Origin: Neovahlkampfia damariscottae
Lineage: Eukaryota
Length of the DNA: 33,961 bases
Direction of reading: 5' to 3'
Assembly: GCA_016618085.1 (NCBI GenBank)
Contig: JABLTG010000192.1
Coordinates: 1-33,961 of the forward strand
The notes beneath the pieces were generated by a model. The model was given only the letters and a program-made list of their open reading frames with translations. It was not told the origin of the DNA and did no database searches. Both the position numbers and the translations under genes were made by a program. Of the stretch, positions 11,236 to 24,051 are shown piece after piece (the stretch's first letter is position 1; the number at the start of each line of letters is the position of its first letter).

Positions 11236-13039
11236 ATGAGACAATACCAAGTATTACTGGTGATAGTATTGATTGTCCTCTTTTCTTTTGTTACTGCTAA
11301 GACCAAAGATCAAGATGAACATACTTTTACAATGACATATGAAGAATTAATGTCAATGCCAATAAACGAAGAAGGTGTCACTGAAGTAGAAAACACAATG
11401 GCTCCTATCAGCACAGTTACTCTGGAATCTGTTGAAGACCATCCTGAAGTGGAAGAAGAAGAAACAGAGGTCTCAGAAGCGGAACTTGAAGGTTTATCTT
11501 CCATCGCAAAAGCAATCAAGACTGCTGGAAGTATCATCAAAAAGTTGTAATGAGAGGATGGAAATTTTTCAAAATCAAAGCTGGTGTGTTAAAAAATTTA
11601 GTCATCTCAAAAGGAAAAGCTTTACCTTCAAAGCTATTCAACAAAGTAAAAACATACATCAAAGATATCAAAGGAAAACCTGCTCAAGTTAAAAAACTCT
11701 TTCAACGCATGAGAAAAGACGGAATTCTTAAAGTCATAAAACATTACAGAGCGAAGAATCTTCAAAAAGTTGGAGCTATGGGTTTAATTAAAGTTACAGC
11801 TACTAAAGCTGGTGGGAAACAAATTGTTAAATTTTCAACAAAAGAATTTTCAAAAAATTTAGCTATTCATGTATTCAAAGAAATGGCATTGAAAAAAGCA
11901 AAAGGTCTTGCAAAGAAATTTGCAAAAGAATACGCGAAACACGTTTATAGTTCAGTAGTTGCAAATGAAGTTGGTGTTGAACAAAAGAAATTTGATGTTG
12001 CTCAAAAACTCAAAAATTTTTTTGTTCCAACAGATTTATGTTGGAGAAATAGTTACGGAAGAGGTACAAACTAGTTTATTTAATATTCACATTTTTAGGT
12101 GCTGGAACAATTCCAACTGTATGTCCAAGAAGTCATCCACAAAAAGGAGGTTTATTATGCTACAGACAATGTCCAAAAGGATCAAAGAGAAGTTTACATG
12201 TTTGCAAATATGGATGCAAACGTGGATATAAAACTCATCTTGCTACATGTCATAAAGTCATGCATGCTGCTTGGAAATGTGGTGGAAGATGTAGAAGAGG
12301 TTATAGAAGAACAACAGTATGCACTTGTCAAAAGGGACCACATACTTATGGAAGAAAAATACTTTATGGTCGATATGCACATCCTAAGATCAAAGGATGC
12401 AGAAGAGGACTTCAAAATGATGCTGGTCTTTGTTACAAATATTGTGCTAGAGGTTTTTATAATATTGGTCCTGTTTGTTGGAAGAGATGTCCAAAAGATG
12501 CTCCATTTAATTGTGGTGCTCTTTGCACTAAAACCAAAGCTATTTGTGGTAAGAAAATTGGTGAATTTGTCTTTTCTGCTGTTTCGTTTACTGCAAATTG
12601 TGCAATGGGAAATGTTGCATCAGCTGCTCTTGATGCTGCAGGTTCTATTGTTGATTTAGCGACAATTCCAATTTGTCCAGCTGATGCATCTGGTAGTTTA
12701 CCAAGAATGCCAAAAGCAAAACAAGTTTGCAAAGAAAAAAAAATCATGGGAGTTACTATTGGATTATGTTGTAAAGCTGGAAATTGTGAACTTAGTGGAT
12801 TGAAATATAAAGGAAAAGCAATCTCTGGAAAAACTTTATTCAAAAAACAACATAAAAAAGAAGTCAGAAAATGCACAATAAAAACTACATGTAGATGGAC
12901 AAGACGTTGTGCAAGATACAGATCAAGATGTCTCTCAAAAAGATGCAAAAAACATCTCAGAATTTGTGTGAAATATGGTCGCATGTATAGAACATGCAGA
13001 AAACATAGACATTGCAGATTGGTTGTTGTCAAAAGATAA
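11236..13039 (+). CDS. Secreted protein: signal peptide, acidic segment, cationic helical region, Cys-rich repeats
   Basis: ORFs 11236-11550 and 11550-12074 join if the A-run near 11540 has one more A. A 35 nt intron at 12064-12098 gives CWRNSYGRGAGTIPTVCP..GLLCY..C and AGLCY..C..G...GPVCW..CP repeats. Confidence 0.75.
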
Positions 13040-13204
13040 CTTCAAAATAAATGTTTTTTGTCGATCATTGAGATCAATTTGAGATTTATTTTAACTCTAA
13101 TGAATAACATTCTATATTTTCCACACCGAGTGATGTTGTTTTTTTATTGGAATTTTTCTCGATTTTGAAAGAAACTGATTGGTCAGAGAAAGTTCGTTAC
13201 AGAC

Positions 13205-15340
13205 ATGAAGTCGAAAAAGAGGAAAATTCAGTACGTTGACCAAGAAACCCAAACTCAATTGATTACACCAAATGGTGTGGATATACTGGAAAATACTGGA
13301 AACAAAGGCACTGTTCTTGCCATTCATGAAATTAAAAAATGTAAGCATCAATTCTGAGTTTATTTTTAAAGATCGAATTGAAACATCTATAAAAATATTC
13401 ATGGAAACTAATTCAGAAGTTTTATATGATATTTTATTAACAGATGGCGAAAAAGCAGTAAAATTATTTTTTTTTAAAATTCAAAACTCAGATAGCTTGT
13501 TTATTATCACCTGAACTAAATTATAAAATAACTAAATATGAACTTCATATTGGTTGTACCATAAAAGTAAAAAAAAAAAAAAAAATTTTTTAATTTGCTT
13601 AAAGCTCCTTAACTTTACAAAAAAAATAAATGAAAAAATAACTGGTGGTAGAAAGTTTATTATTATAAATGAAATTGAAAAAGTCTCAGATTTTTGTTCA
13701 ACCTCTTTTGAAATACCAACTTTTTTAGTTTCACCAATTTTAAAACAAAAAGAGTTTTATTATCCATTATACGATGATGATAATTTTACTGATGAAAAAA
13801 TGAAAGAAATAGAGTATTGGGAACCATCTCTTGAAAAACCAAAATTCACTTTAAAACAAATTCAAAAAACAGGAAAGAAGTAAACAAGAAAAATACTTAA
13901 AAATCTTTTTCAATCATTAGATCAATCATATTAGGAAGAGTAAAAAAGAAATCAAAAATTTCGTTATTTCATTCAAAGAAAGACCATAAATGTCCTTTGA
14001 ATTTTCAAATTTTATTAGGAGATGATGAAACTGAAGTACCAGTTACTTTTTGGAATAGACTTGCTTTGGAGTATTATCATTCCATCAATATTGGTGATAT
14101 ACTTTTGATATCTGGTTACAGAATGAAAGATGAAATTAAGAAATCAATTTTTGGATCTTTTAAAGTTGAATTTAGTTTGAATGAGAATAAAGCACAAATT
14201 TATAAATTAGCTACTTATGGAGAAGAAGAATTTGCTCGTGTTCATTTTAATTTTAAAACAACCAATGAAATTACTGAATTAGAAGATGGAACTATTTTTG
14301 ATTTTATTGGAACTATCATTAATATAAGTGATTATGAACGTGTACAAGATAGTTTTGGTAATTTTTCACAATTTAGATGGATCACATTTCTTGATAGTAG
14401 ATCACCTACATTTTTCAAATGTAAAGTATTCACTAATTCACAAAAGAAAAAAATGGATGAATTAAGAGTTTCTGATATTTGTTTATTGACAGAATTGAAA
14501 TTAAAAGTCATTTCAGAAACTGAAAATGAAAGACAATTTTATGGTATAACTTCTTTTATAAGTTCAATTTTTGATGAAATTGAAATTGAAACAATGTTAG
14601 ATGTTCAAGATGAACCTGAAGATTCTCTGTTGTATATCAATGTAAGTTTCAATTTTCTTATGATCATTAGTGCTCAAAACTGGACAAATGGAGAAGCAGA
14701 AACAATCAATTAATGAGTCAATTCATGAGAAATGAATCTCAATTTTCATTTCCTCTTCTTGATTTTTCTTCTTTTGAAAAAAGAAAAGAACAATTTCCAT
14801 TTGAAGAATTGATCTTTTTTAAGTATGTTAAAATGCATTATTGACTAATTTTTTTTCATCAGTGAAATACAACCAATTTGTGAAAAATTGGAATATTTAG
14901 AAACTCGTTCTGTATTCATTCAAGCAATCATCAAAGAAATTCACATTGGTAAAGAAAGAGAAATGGATAAATATTCAGATAAAGGTGCAATCAAAATCAA
15001 ATCAAGAAAGAAATTAAAACTAAATGAAAAAGAAGTTCAAAATCCAGAAGTAGATGTTGTCCAAGTAAAAGTCTTTTTACAAGATTTGAATGAAGAAGAA
15101 GTCATTGAATTTACATATCCAATTTGGAATAAATTTAATATTGAATATCAACTTTGTGAATTAATTCAAGATGGTAATATTGATAAATTGACTGAAAATT
15201 TGAAAAATTGTATTGGAAAGAAATATTTTTTCAGTGTTTTTTTGAAAAGAGTAGATGATGTTACTTTTATCAAAATGATCAATTCTCTTTGGATTTCAAA
15301 AAATTCAATGACAGAAACATCACAAGAAATTAATGATTAA
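13205..15340 (+). CDS. RADX-like (RPA1-related) multi-OB-fold ssDNA-binding protein, multi-exon
   Basis: Ordered motifs YDILLTDG, YYPLY, FWNRLALEYY..I.IGD, DFIG....ER....FRW..FLD....VFTNSQ and LEYLETRSVFIQAII resemble the RADX/CXorf57 family as I recall it. Confidence 0.65.
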
Positions 15341-15581
15341 ATGCTTCAATTTTTAAGATGACAGTTTTTCTTTATTGTTTCTATTCAAGGTTAGTGAGAT
15401 ATTTGACATTAATGTCTGTTGAGTTGAAATCAAACCAAAAATATAGTCTGTTGTTTTCACAAAAGAAATAACTTGTTCATCTGAAAAACTACAGTTGGAA
15501 ATATATATTTAACTTATTTGGTCAATTTTTTGTTCAGATAAATTCATTCATATTTTCTTTTCTTTTCATTGGTGAAAAAAA

Positions 15582-17152
15582 ATGTTGTTAAAAAAACTGA
15601 AGGTATTGAAGAGATTTATAAAACCAAACTTCAAAAAATACATATCCACAGATGCCTTGAATAATATAAAAACAATTTTAGGCTCTGAAAAACTTTATAC
15701 CACAAATCCAAATGTGTTACATTCACATGGCAGTGATGTTGTTGGTCATAAACCTCAACCACCTGATATTGTCATTTTTCCTGAAAATATAAATCAAATA
15801 TCATCCATAGCAAAGTATTGTAATCAACAAAAAATACCCATTATTCCGTATGGAGCCGGTACTTCGTTGGAAGGTATTTTGAAAAAAAAGAAAAATTAAA
15901 AATTCTTCATTAGGTAATTTCACAGCACCAAATGGTGGTGTTTCAATAGACATGTCAAAAATGAACCAAATTATAGAATTAAATGATGAAGATATGAATG
16001 TCACTGTTCAAGCAGGAATGACAAGAGAAGAATTGAACCATTTGACAAAAGACACTGGTTTATTTTTTCCAATAGATCCAGGGGCTAATGCTTCCATTGG
16101 TGGTATGGTATCCACAAGAGCTTCAGGTACAAACGCTGTTCGATATGGAACTATGAAAGAAAATGTTGTTTCACTAAAAGTTATTTTACCGGTAAAATTG
16201 AAAATCAAATTATTGATTTTTTAGGATGGTGAAGTTATCACAACATCAAGAAGAGCTAAAAAATCAAGTGCAGGATATGATTTAACATCATTGTTTATCG
16301 GATCAGAAGGAACATTAGGAATTGTGGCAGAAATTACATTAAAATTATATGGTATTCCTACATCAATAATAAGTGCAACATGTACATTTGATGACATTGA
16401 AGGTGCTGCCAATAGTAACAAAACTTTGAAGAATATAATACTTTTTTAATAGCGGTTATTAGTCTAATTCAATTTGGAATTCCAATTGCAAGAGTTGAAA
16501 TATTAGATGAAACATGTATCAAAGCAGTTAATAAATACAGCAAATTATCATTACCTGTAAAACCAACTTTATTCTTTGAATTTCATGGATCTGAAAATTC
16601 AGTGGAAGAGCAATGTCAATCTGTCAAAGAACTTGCAATTGAAAATGGAGGAAATTTATTCAATGCATCAAGTGACTCGGAAGAAAGGAATAAATTGTGG
16701 AAAGCTAGACATGATGCATATTGGGCTTCCACAGCATTGATTCCAGATTCCAAATGCATTGTAACTGATGTTTGTGTTCCAATTTCTAATTTAGCAACAT
16801 GTATAACTGAGACTAAAAAAGATATGGATTCCACAGGTTTGACTTATACCTTAGTTGGACATGTTGGAGATGGTAATTTTCATTTGATTATTCTCTTCAC
16901 AAATGAAGAGGAATATAAAAAAGTTGAAGAATCAAATGAAAGGTTAATACATCGATCACTTAGTATGAAAGGAACATGTACTGGAGAACATGGTGTAAGT
17001 CTTTAAGTCTTTCCTCTAACTACCTCAAGATTGGAATTGGCAAAAAGAAATTTTTGACACTAGAACACGGTGAAAAAGTTGTTGATTTAATGAAAACTAT
17101 TAAATTATCAATTGATCCAAATAATATAATGAACCCAAATAAAATATTTTAA
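15582..17152 (+). CDS. LDHD: Mitochondrial FAD-linked D-lactate dehydrogenase (cytochrome), multi-exon
   Basis: PYGAGTSLEG, FPIDPGANASIGGM, GSEGTLGIV, GHVGDGNFH, GEHG and DP..IMNP motifs; basic presequence-like N-terminus. Confidence 0.93.
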
Positions 17153-17235
17153 ACAAATTGTTAGGTTGAATTTTGACCAATTATTTTCATTTCTCAAAAA
17201 TCAACATTTCCGAGCTCATCAATAAGAAAATAGTG

Positions 17236-17859
17236 ATGTCCAATGAAGAACCAAACCTAACAACAAGAAAAACAACAATTATAAAACTGAATGTTGGTGG
17301 AAAAAAATATATGACCACAGCAGAAACATTGACATCAAAAGGAAAGAATTTCTTTTCTGGAATAGTTGAATCAAAAATACCGATTGAATCAGATGAAAAT
17401 GGATATATATTCATAGACAGAAGTCCAAATTACTTTGATATAATTTTAATTTTTTTAAGAACTGGTTCTATACCAACTTGTTTGGATAAAACAGTTTCTA
17501 TACCGGATTTAAATTCAGAAATTGAATTTTATTGTGTAAATATGCCAAAATTAAAAAGAGTTCATTTAGAATTTTCATATAAAAATTTAGGCTCTTACGG
17601 AAGGTAAAAAAAACAATATTTAATTTTTTTATACAAAAAAAAAAGTGGTGGATTCTATTCAAATGAGTATCTTTCACAAGAAATTTTAAATTTTGTAACC
17701 GGCAAATATCCAACTTGGAAAGTTCCATTGACCAAAGTTTTGGATGCCCTAATAGAAGATGGTTGGAATATTGAAACAACAGATTATAAAAAAACTGATT
17801 TAGAATATCAAATTTTAATGTCAAAAATTGTTCCTGTAACAAAAAAATTTCAACAATAA
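17236..17859 (+). CDS. KCTD-type BTB/POZ protein
   Basis: IKLNVGGKKYMTT..TL and YIFIDRSP.YF..IL.FLRTG; one intron from 17604. Confidence 0.88.
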
Positions 17860-17871
17860 AAAAAAAGATTC

Positions 17872-18780
17872 TTATTGGCATTCAAATTTTCCATCATTTA
17901 AAAGAATTCTATATCCGTAGACTAAAATCCAAGCACTAAAAATAACCATTGTATGAAATATTTGATGACTTGCACCAAAAATATCAAATTTATATGGGAA
18001 TGCTTTTTCTGGGTATCTGAGTGCACGAACTACCAATGCTAAACCAATTGAAAGATAAGATAAACCCATTGGCCAATGTGTTGATGCATTTGAACCATTG
18101 GTATGGTAGTATTTATACATCCAAGCAGTAAAACCGATAAATGAGTATAATGCGAAATAAATTGTTCTTTGTTTTGTTAATCTTTCACGTACCATTTTGG
18201 TAACCCAAAGTGCAAGTGCAATGAAACAAAAAATAATTAAAAAAAAATAAAAAGTTCGTTCTTGACGATAACAACGAAGTTCAAAATGACTACTGATTAA
18301 ATTACAACCTACTAACATTATCAAAATACCTCTTAAATCGCAAGACAAGAACCAATGATAATAATCTTCATTTTGAGATCGAAATGTGTGATATAAAGCT
18401 GAAAATGACATTGTACAAGTTGAACAAAATAAAAAAGCAATCAAAATAAAAGTATCTTCAGTTGTTGTAAATTTAACAGGATGTCTGTAAATGTCAAAAA
18501 TTAAATAAATCCACAAAAAAATAGGTAACAAATGTGTCCAGATATTCATTGTTTCATTATGTAAATTAAAAAGACTAAAAAAACATTTGGACAATGATTC
18601 TATAGGTGCTTTCCTCCAACCACTCCATACAAAACTTTCAGAAAAATTAACAGAAAGTGTCATTTACGGTTGATCTTCGTGTAACAATTTATGAAGATTT
18701 GACTTCATTTCTGTATTTGGTTTAATAGTTTCTAATTCATTATAATAAGGTATTCCGCAGCATGATGAATGTTTTGACAT
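17872..18780 (-). CDS. PAQR/adiponectin-receptor (hemolysin III) family membrane protein
   Basis: HNETMNIWTH, SALYHTF and FDIFGASHQIFH motifs; upstream exon from ATG 18780. Confidence 0.92.
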
Positions 18781-18857
18781 TACTTTTTCATTAAAAACAA
18801 ATCAAAATGAATGAACCAATAAAAACAATTGGGTAAAATAAAATTAAAAAAATTTTT

Positions 18858-19634
18858 TTATAAATTTTCAAAAAATGTAGGAATATCTTTTCCATAAACA
18901 GTTTCTTTGATAACTTCATCTTTTTTAATAGTTGCTAATCTAACAACACCACCTGAACTTCCATCTCTTGCCATAGCCAAAGCAATTGCTAAATTTTTAA
19001 TAAAAACAAAAAGTTACCTGAAGTAACAAATTTTTTACATTCATCTTCAGACATGTCTTCTTTATAATTAGCGTCTGTAAAACCATAAATGTAACTTGAA
19101 CCGGAACCACCAATACCAAAAGGTAATTCAACAAGTGAACCATCAATACCAATGACATGTACTGTACCTTCTTTAATTGGATCCCATCCTGCTACAAGAA
19201 TACTTGCCATTAAATAATTCTTGTTGTTATAAATCATAGTTGAAAAAAGTTTAGCTGCTGTTTTGACTTCTGGTAAATCACCAAGTTCAGTTGAATGCAT
19301 TTGTAAATAATATCTTACGTAATCAGCAACTGCTTGAGTATCAGCTGATGAACCGGATCTACAACAGAAAATCTTTTCATGAAGAGGTGTCAATTTATTT
19401 GTTATACGATTTGCGATATAAGCCCCTAATTTTTTTAATTTTTTTTAATTTTTTTTACCTGTGGTTGTTCTTGAATCTGCTCCGACTACTACACCACCTT
19501 TGAATTTACAGGCCATAATTGTTGTCTTTTAGATTTATTTTTAGTGGTATAATTTAATTTACTCCTGTTTTATGTTCAGATTTTACGTCATTTTCAGGTG
19601 AGGATAAACTTGGTTCAAGAAAACTTTTGTCCAT
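18858..19634 (-). CDS. PSMB6: 20S proteasome subunit beta1 (beta type-6), multi-exon
   Basis: TG|TTIMA..F.GGVVVGADSRTT, CRSGSSADTQAVAD, GGSGSSYIYG and RDGSSGGVVR. Confidence 0.95.
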
Positions 19635-19731
19635 TGTTTTTGTTTGTTTTTATTCTGATAGATGATTGGTGGAATTTTATTTATTTTTATATTGGAATTG
19701 ATTGGTTCATTTTTTCACACACTTGAAAAAG

Positions 19732-21010
19732 ATGAGGGAAATTTTTTATTCAACAACAAGAGATGATGATTCTTCAGAAGATGAATATGATCATGCTGCT
19801 TCATATCATTCATTTCAAACACCTTTACCTTCTTCAAATTACCAAAACGAGTTTAATGTTGATGATTTTGATGAAATGGAAATTGAAGTTAACTTATCAA
19901 AACCAAAATTTGTTGATAAAATTGAAAAGTAATTTTTATTTTTTTTTTAATTTTTCAAGAACTTACAAAAACACAAAAGAAAAATTACAAAAAAAAATCA
20001 AACAAAAATTAAACGAAATGAATGAACCAAGTTTTGTACTTTGGAAAGATAAACTATCATTCACTTTAGGTGTTACTTTATTAGTTATGACTACCATTAT
20101 TGCTTGTAGATTTCCACTCTATTTACCAATTTGGTATGTTTCATGGTGCATAACGGTATAAAAAATTAAAATTGAAAATAATAGTTAATTTCATTACGTT
20201 TTTACATGTATCATTCACAAGCATATCATTATTTTCTAATTGATTTTTGTTATCTTGCAAATGCTCTTTTAATTTTTTATTTATTTTATTATCCATCAAG
20301 TGCAAAGTTAGTAAGAAAAAAAAAAAAAAAGTTAAAAAATGGAGTTTATATTAAATTTTGCTAATGCAAATGGTGCCGTTTCATGGGCAATTATCACTTG
20401 GAGAAATAGTTTAGTTTTTCATGATTTTGATAAAATTACAACAGTCTTTATTCATGCTTTTCCAATAACAGTTGTTTATGTTCTCAAATGGTTTCCTGAA
20501 TTCATTAACACTCAATATTCAGTTTGTTTAAATTCAGAATGTACTGTGGGCTTGTATGATATTGTTGTTCCTCATATGATGTTTTATTTATTCTGGCAAA
20601 TAAGTTATTATGTTAAAACTGAAATTGTTGACAGAAAGAAATTTGAATCAAGACCTGATATCGTCACAAGGTAAAAAAATTTTTTTTTTTTAATTTTTCA
20701 AAGTTTTCGTTGGATGCAAAGAGATAAAAAATCAGCCATGGGTAAACTATTAGAAAGATATCCAGAACAATATCAAGTTTTTATATTCATGGGATGTCAG
20801 GCATTATTCCATTTTGCTGTAGTTCTGCCTGTATATTTAAGTTATCATTATTTTTGGTTTAATACTTTACTATTTGCTTATAAATTAATCACTTGTGTTC
20901 ATAATGGAGCGTCATTTTATATTCATGTTTTTGCTAAAAATTATGTTAAAAATATTTTGAAATTGACAGAACAACTGGATCAAGTAATTGAAAAAGAAAA
21001 AACAAAATGA
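19732..21010 (+). CDS. GPC1: Glycerophosphocholine acyltransferase (Gpc1/DUF2838), multi-exon
   Basis: DKLSFTLGV, YHYFLIDFCY, WRNSLVFHDFDKITTVFIH and NGASFYI motifs. Confidence 0.88.
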
Positions 21011-21080
21011 ATGTATTATAAGTTTTCGGAGACTGAAAGTGAAGAAAAACAACTTTTGAAATTTACAAGTGAACATATTT

Positions 21081-21284
21081 TTATTCTTCATCATTGTTTG
21101 AATAATCACTCTTTTGCATTTGTTTTTCGATTTTTTTCATTTTTTTCATGAATCTTTTGAATTCTGGATCCTCCAGTATGTTATCTTTTTTTGTGAATTC
21201 AGCTTTGATTTTATTGAAGTCGTATTTGTTTGTCATGTAGACACCAGTTATAATACCCATTATGAAGAAACATAATCTTGCCAT
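21081..21284 (-). CDS. Small single-pass membrane protein
   Basis: MARLCFFIMGIITGVYM hydrophobic N-terminus followed by a charged tail. Confidence 0.55.
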   Translation of the reverse strand: MARLCFFIMGIITGVYMTNKYDFNKIKAEFTKKDNILEDPEFKRFMKKMKKIEKQMQKSDYSNNDEE

Positions 21285-21359
21285 TTTGTGTTGTTTTGTT
21301 TTGTTTTTTTTTGGTTTCACTCAAAACATTCACAGCTATTTATAAAACACCACAAATGA

Positions 21360-21406
21360 TTTCAAAACGAAATCATTGGTTCAATTTTTCAAAACGAAAT
21401 CATTGG
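21360..21406. repeat. 20 bp direct repeat x2 (TTTCAAAACGAAATCATTGG) in a divergent promoter
   Basis: Exact copies at 21360-21379 and 21387-21406, each ending in ATTGG (reverse CCAAT). Confidence 0.8.
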
Positions 21407-21614
21407 ATAAAATTAAAGTATTGGAATGACAGTTGTACAGAAATTAGTGGTTTAGTTGACAATTAGAAGATTGTTCCAGTTCATTTTTGGAAGGCTCAAA
21501 AGTACAAAAACAGAATCGATCAGTGATTGATTGGCTTGTTCAAACTAATATTCAAAATTAAATTTGAAAAAGCAGTTCAACCAATCAAACAAAATCAACT
21601 CCGAAAAAACCACC

Positions 21615-22817
21615 ATGCCTCACCGCACAGTAGAAATAAAGTTGTCACAAAATTTGACAACTGTTGACCCAAATATCTTTAAAACAATGATTACATCCAC
21701 TGGTATTTCTGTACAAGACCTCAATGATAAAGGACTCAAAGTTTTACTCTTTTTCACGCCAACACTAGGATGTGTTTACGTCCAAGGAATACTTACCGAT
21801 ATACATGATATAAAAGAACAATTATTAAAATTAAACACTGTTCCAATAATTGTACATGAAGAGACTTCAGAAACTGTTGAAAAAATGCTTAACTTTTCTA
21901 AAGCCACTGAAAAGTTTAAAGATTTGTTGTTCATGGAAAAAAAAGAATTCAAAACAGCATTTAAAACTAAAATATTATCGCCAGAAGAATCTTCACTATG
22001 TCTCAAAGATGAATGTGGAATGAAGGAAATGAAAAGATTAACTGATTTAGGAATTGAAAATTTAACACAACTTTGTACAATGAAATCAAAGCCAAAAGAG
22101 TACCCATTAGGTGCTGTTTTTTTAATACACAACTCAAAAGTAGTCATGGAATACAGACAAGAAAAAAGATACGAAAGATTTGATATAGCAAGAATTGTAT
22201 TGGATACCAATGGATATGGAGCAAAAGAGAACAAAACATCAGTTTTTGAATGTCCTTATAAGAAACCAAAATCTTGTAAAATTGAAAAAATGTTCAACAA
22301 AATAGATAAAGCAGAACATAAATTATTCAAATCTCATTCGTTAAAAAATTTAGTTCAAAAAAGTTTAACATTCAAAAAGACACTGTCACTTCAACATATT
22401 AAGCAACAACAATTGGATGAAAAGACCATTGACTTGAAGAATATACTGGATAACTCGTTATATTTTGAATACTTCAAATTATTCGCAACAAAAGAGTATT
22501 GCGTTGAGAATGTATTATTTTATGAAGAAGTAAAAGAGTATAAAAAATTGAATGAAACTCAAAGAAAAATAAGATCACTTGAAATGATGGATCAATTTTT
22601 TGATGAAGATTCAATCAATGAAATCAATTGTTCAAGGAATCATAAAGTCAAATTATTTGAAGAATTTAAAAAATACAACGATGATTTATTTGATGAAGTG
22701 CTTCATGAAGTTATGTCTTCATCGTTTACTGATATGTTTGATCGTTTTAAGAGGTCAATTTATTTCGATCAAATGTTGGATGGAAATCAAAAACATGATT
22801 ATTTTTTGGTTGTATAA
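21615..22817 (+). CDS. AhpC/TSA-like thioredoxin-fold plus RGS domain fusion protein
   Basis: N-terminal VLLFF...GCVY...L.D...VPIIVHEE; C-terminal RGS motif YFKLFATKEYCVENVLFYEEV..YK. Confidence 0.75.
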   Translation: MPHRTVEIKLSQNLTTVDPNIFKTMITSTGISVQDLNDKGLKVLLFFTPTLGCVYVQGILTDIHDIKEQLLKLNTVPIIVHEETSETVEKMLNFSKATEKFKDLLFMEKKEFKTAFKTKILSPEESSLCLKDECGMKEMKRLTDLGIENLTQLCTMKSKPKEYPLGAVFLIHNSKVVMEYRQEKRYERFDIARIVLDTNGYGAKENKTSVFECPYKKPKSCKIEKMFNKIDKAEHKLFKSHSLKNLVQKSLTFKKTLSLQHIKQQQLDEKTIDLKNILDNSLYFEYFKLFATKEYCVENVLFYEEVKEYKKLNETQRKIRSLEMMDQFFDEDSINEINCSRNHKVKLFEEFKKYNDDLFDEVLHEVMSSSFTDMFDRFKRSIYFDQMLDGNQKHDYFLVV

Positions 22818-22899
22818 TCAAAATCTGTTGTATCATTAAATTTTATTTATTTTTATGATTGTCCAATAATATGTTGTTGTTCTTCAACGAATTCCACCA

Positions 22900-24048
22900 A
22901 TGAGTCAAGCATATACTCTTGAACCAAAAACACAAGGCAAAGTAATTCTCACAACTACTGTCGGTGAATGTGAGATTGAATTGTGGCCAAAAGAAGCTCC
23001 TAAAGCATGTAGAAATTTTGTGCAACTTTGTCTTGAAGGGTTTTATGATAATTCACCTTTTCACAGGATAATAAAAGACTTTATCGTTCAAACAGGAAGT
23101 TCAAATAAAGATGGATCAAATGATTATCGAGATGGAGAATCAATTTTTGGTCAAAAATTTGAAGACGAATTTCACAGTCGTTTAAAATTTACACATCGTG
23201 GATTACTTGCATGTGCTGGTCAAAAAAATCAAAATGACAGTCAATTTTTTATAACCTTGGAAAAAACAGAATCATTAAATTATAAACATACTATTTTTGC
23301 CAAAATTGTGGGAGATACAATTTTTAACATTTTGAAGATGAGTGATTATGAAGTTGATGATCAGGATAAACCTTTATACCCACCAAAGATTTTAAAAACT
23401 GAAGTAGTTTGGAACCCTTTTGATGATATTGTTCCAAGAATTAAAAAAGTTGCTGTTAAAAAAAGAAAAAAAGGTGTAAAAAATCTATCTTTACTTTCCT
23501 TTGAAGAGGATGAAATTCAAGAATCAGAAGTTGATAAAAAATCAAAATCTATGCATGATTTAGTGAAGGATAAAAAAATAAGTTCAAAAACAGCTGTAGA
23601 ATTGAAAGAAATTAATGTTGAAGTTGAAGATGTGAAAAAAAAAATTTTGAAATCAAAAATCTCGACAATTTTAAAAGAAGATACAAAAGAAGAACCTAAA
23701 GAAGAAAAAATAATGAAAGAAATTAAAACTTTATCCTCCATTGAAGAAAAATTTCAAAAAAAAAATGAAGAAACTGAAACAAAAAAGTCAACTTTTGGAA
23801 AAAGTTACCTGCAAACTCAAAGAGAGAAATATAAAAAAAATAGATTCAAGATAAAAAACGATAAAGAGGCATTGGAGAAAATTGAAAAATTTTCAAAGAA
23901 TTTGTCAAAAACCAAAGAGTTTTCTACACCTGGTTTGAAATTCAAAAAGAATGAAGAGCAAGAGGAGGAAAATGAAGATGGATTTACTTATGAAGTATAT
24001 GATCCAAAAGATGAAGAATCTGAAACCAAAAAAAGAAAATTAGAATAA
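22900..24048 (+). CDS. CWC27: Spliceosome-associated cyclophilin CWC27
   Basis: EP.T.GKVIL.TT.G..EIELWPKEAPKACRNFVQLCLEG, DEFHSRLKF.HRG and NPFDDIVPR..KN.SLLSF. Confidence 0.95.
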   Translation: MSQAYTLEPKTQGKVILTTTVGECEIELWPKEAPKACRNFVQLCLEGFYDNSPFHRIIKDFIVQTGSSNKDGSNDYRDGESIFGQKFEDEFHSRLKFTHRGLLACAGQKNQNDSQFFITLEKTESLNYKHTIFAKIVGDTIFNILKMSDYEVDDQDKPLYPPKILKTEVVWNPFDDIVPRIKKVAVKKRKKGVKNLSLLSFEEDEIQESEVDKKSKSMHDLVKDKKISSKTAVELKEINVEVEDVKKKILKSKISTILKEDTKEEPKEEKIMKEIKTLSSIEEKFQKKNEETETKKSTFGKSYLQTQREKYKKNRFKIKNDKEALEKIEKFSKNLSKTKEFSTPGLKFKKNEEQEEENEDGFTYEVYDPKDEESETKKRKLE

Positions 24049-24051
24049 AAT

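Noticed and set aside
11540..11552. TAATG overlap as translational coupling or programmed frameshift
   Set aside because: One extra A in the adjacent homopolymer restores a single ORF. A similar homopolymer slip occurs at 5183-5193, so sequencing error is more likely.
12099..13032. Long overlapping ORFs 12099-12659 (+) and 12457-13032 (-)
   Set aside because: These are shadow frames of the Cys-rich gene with no recognisable motifs.
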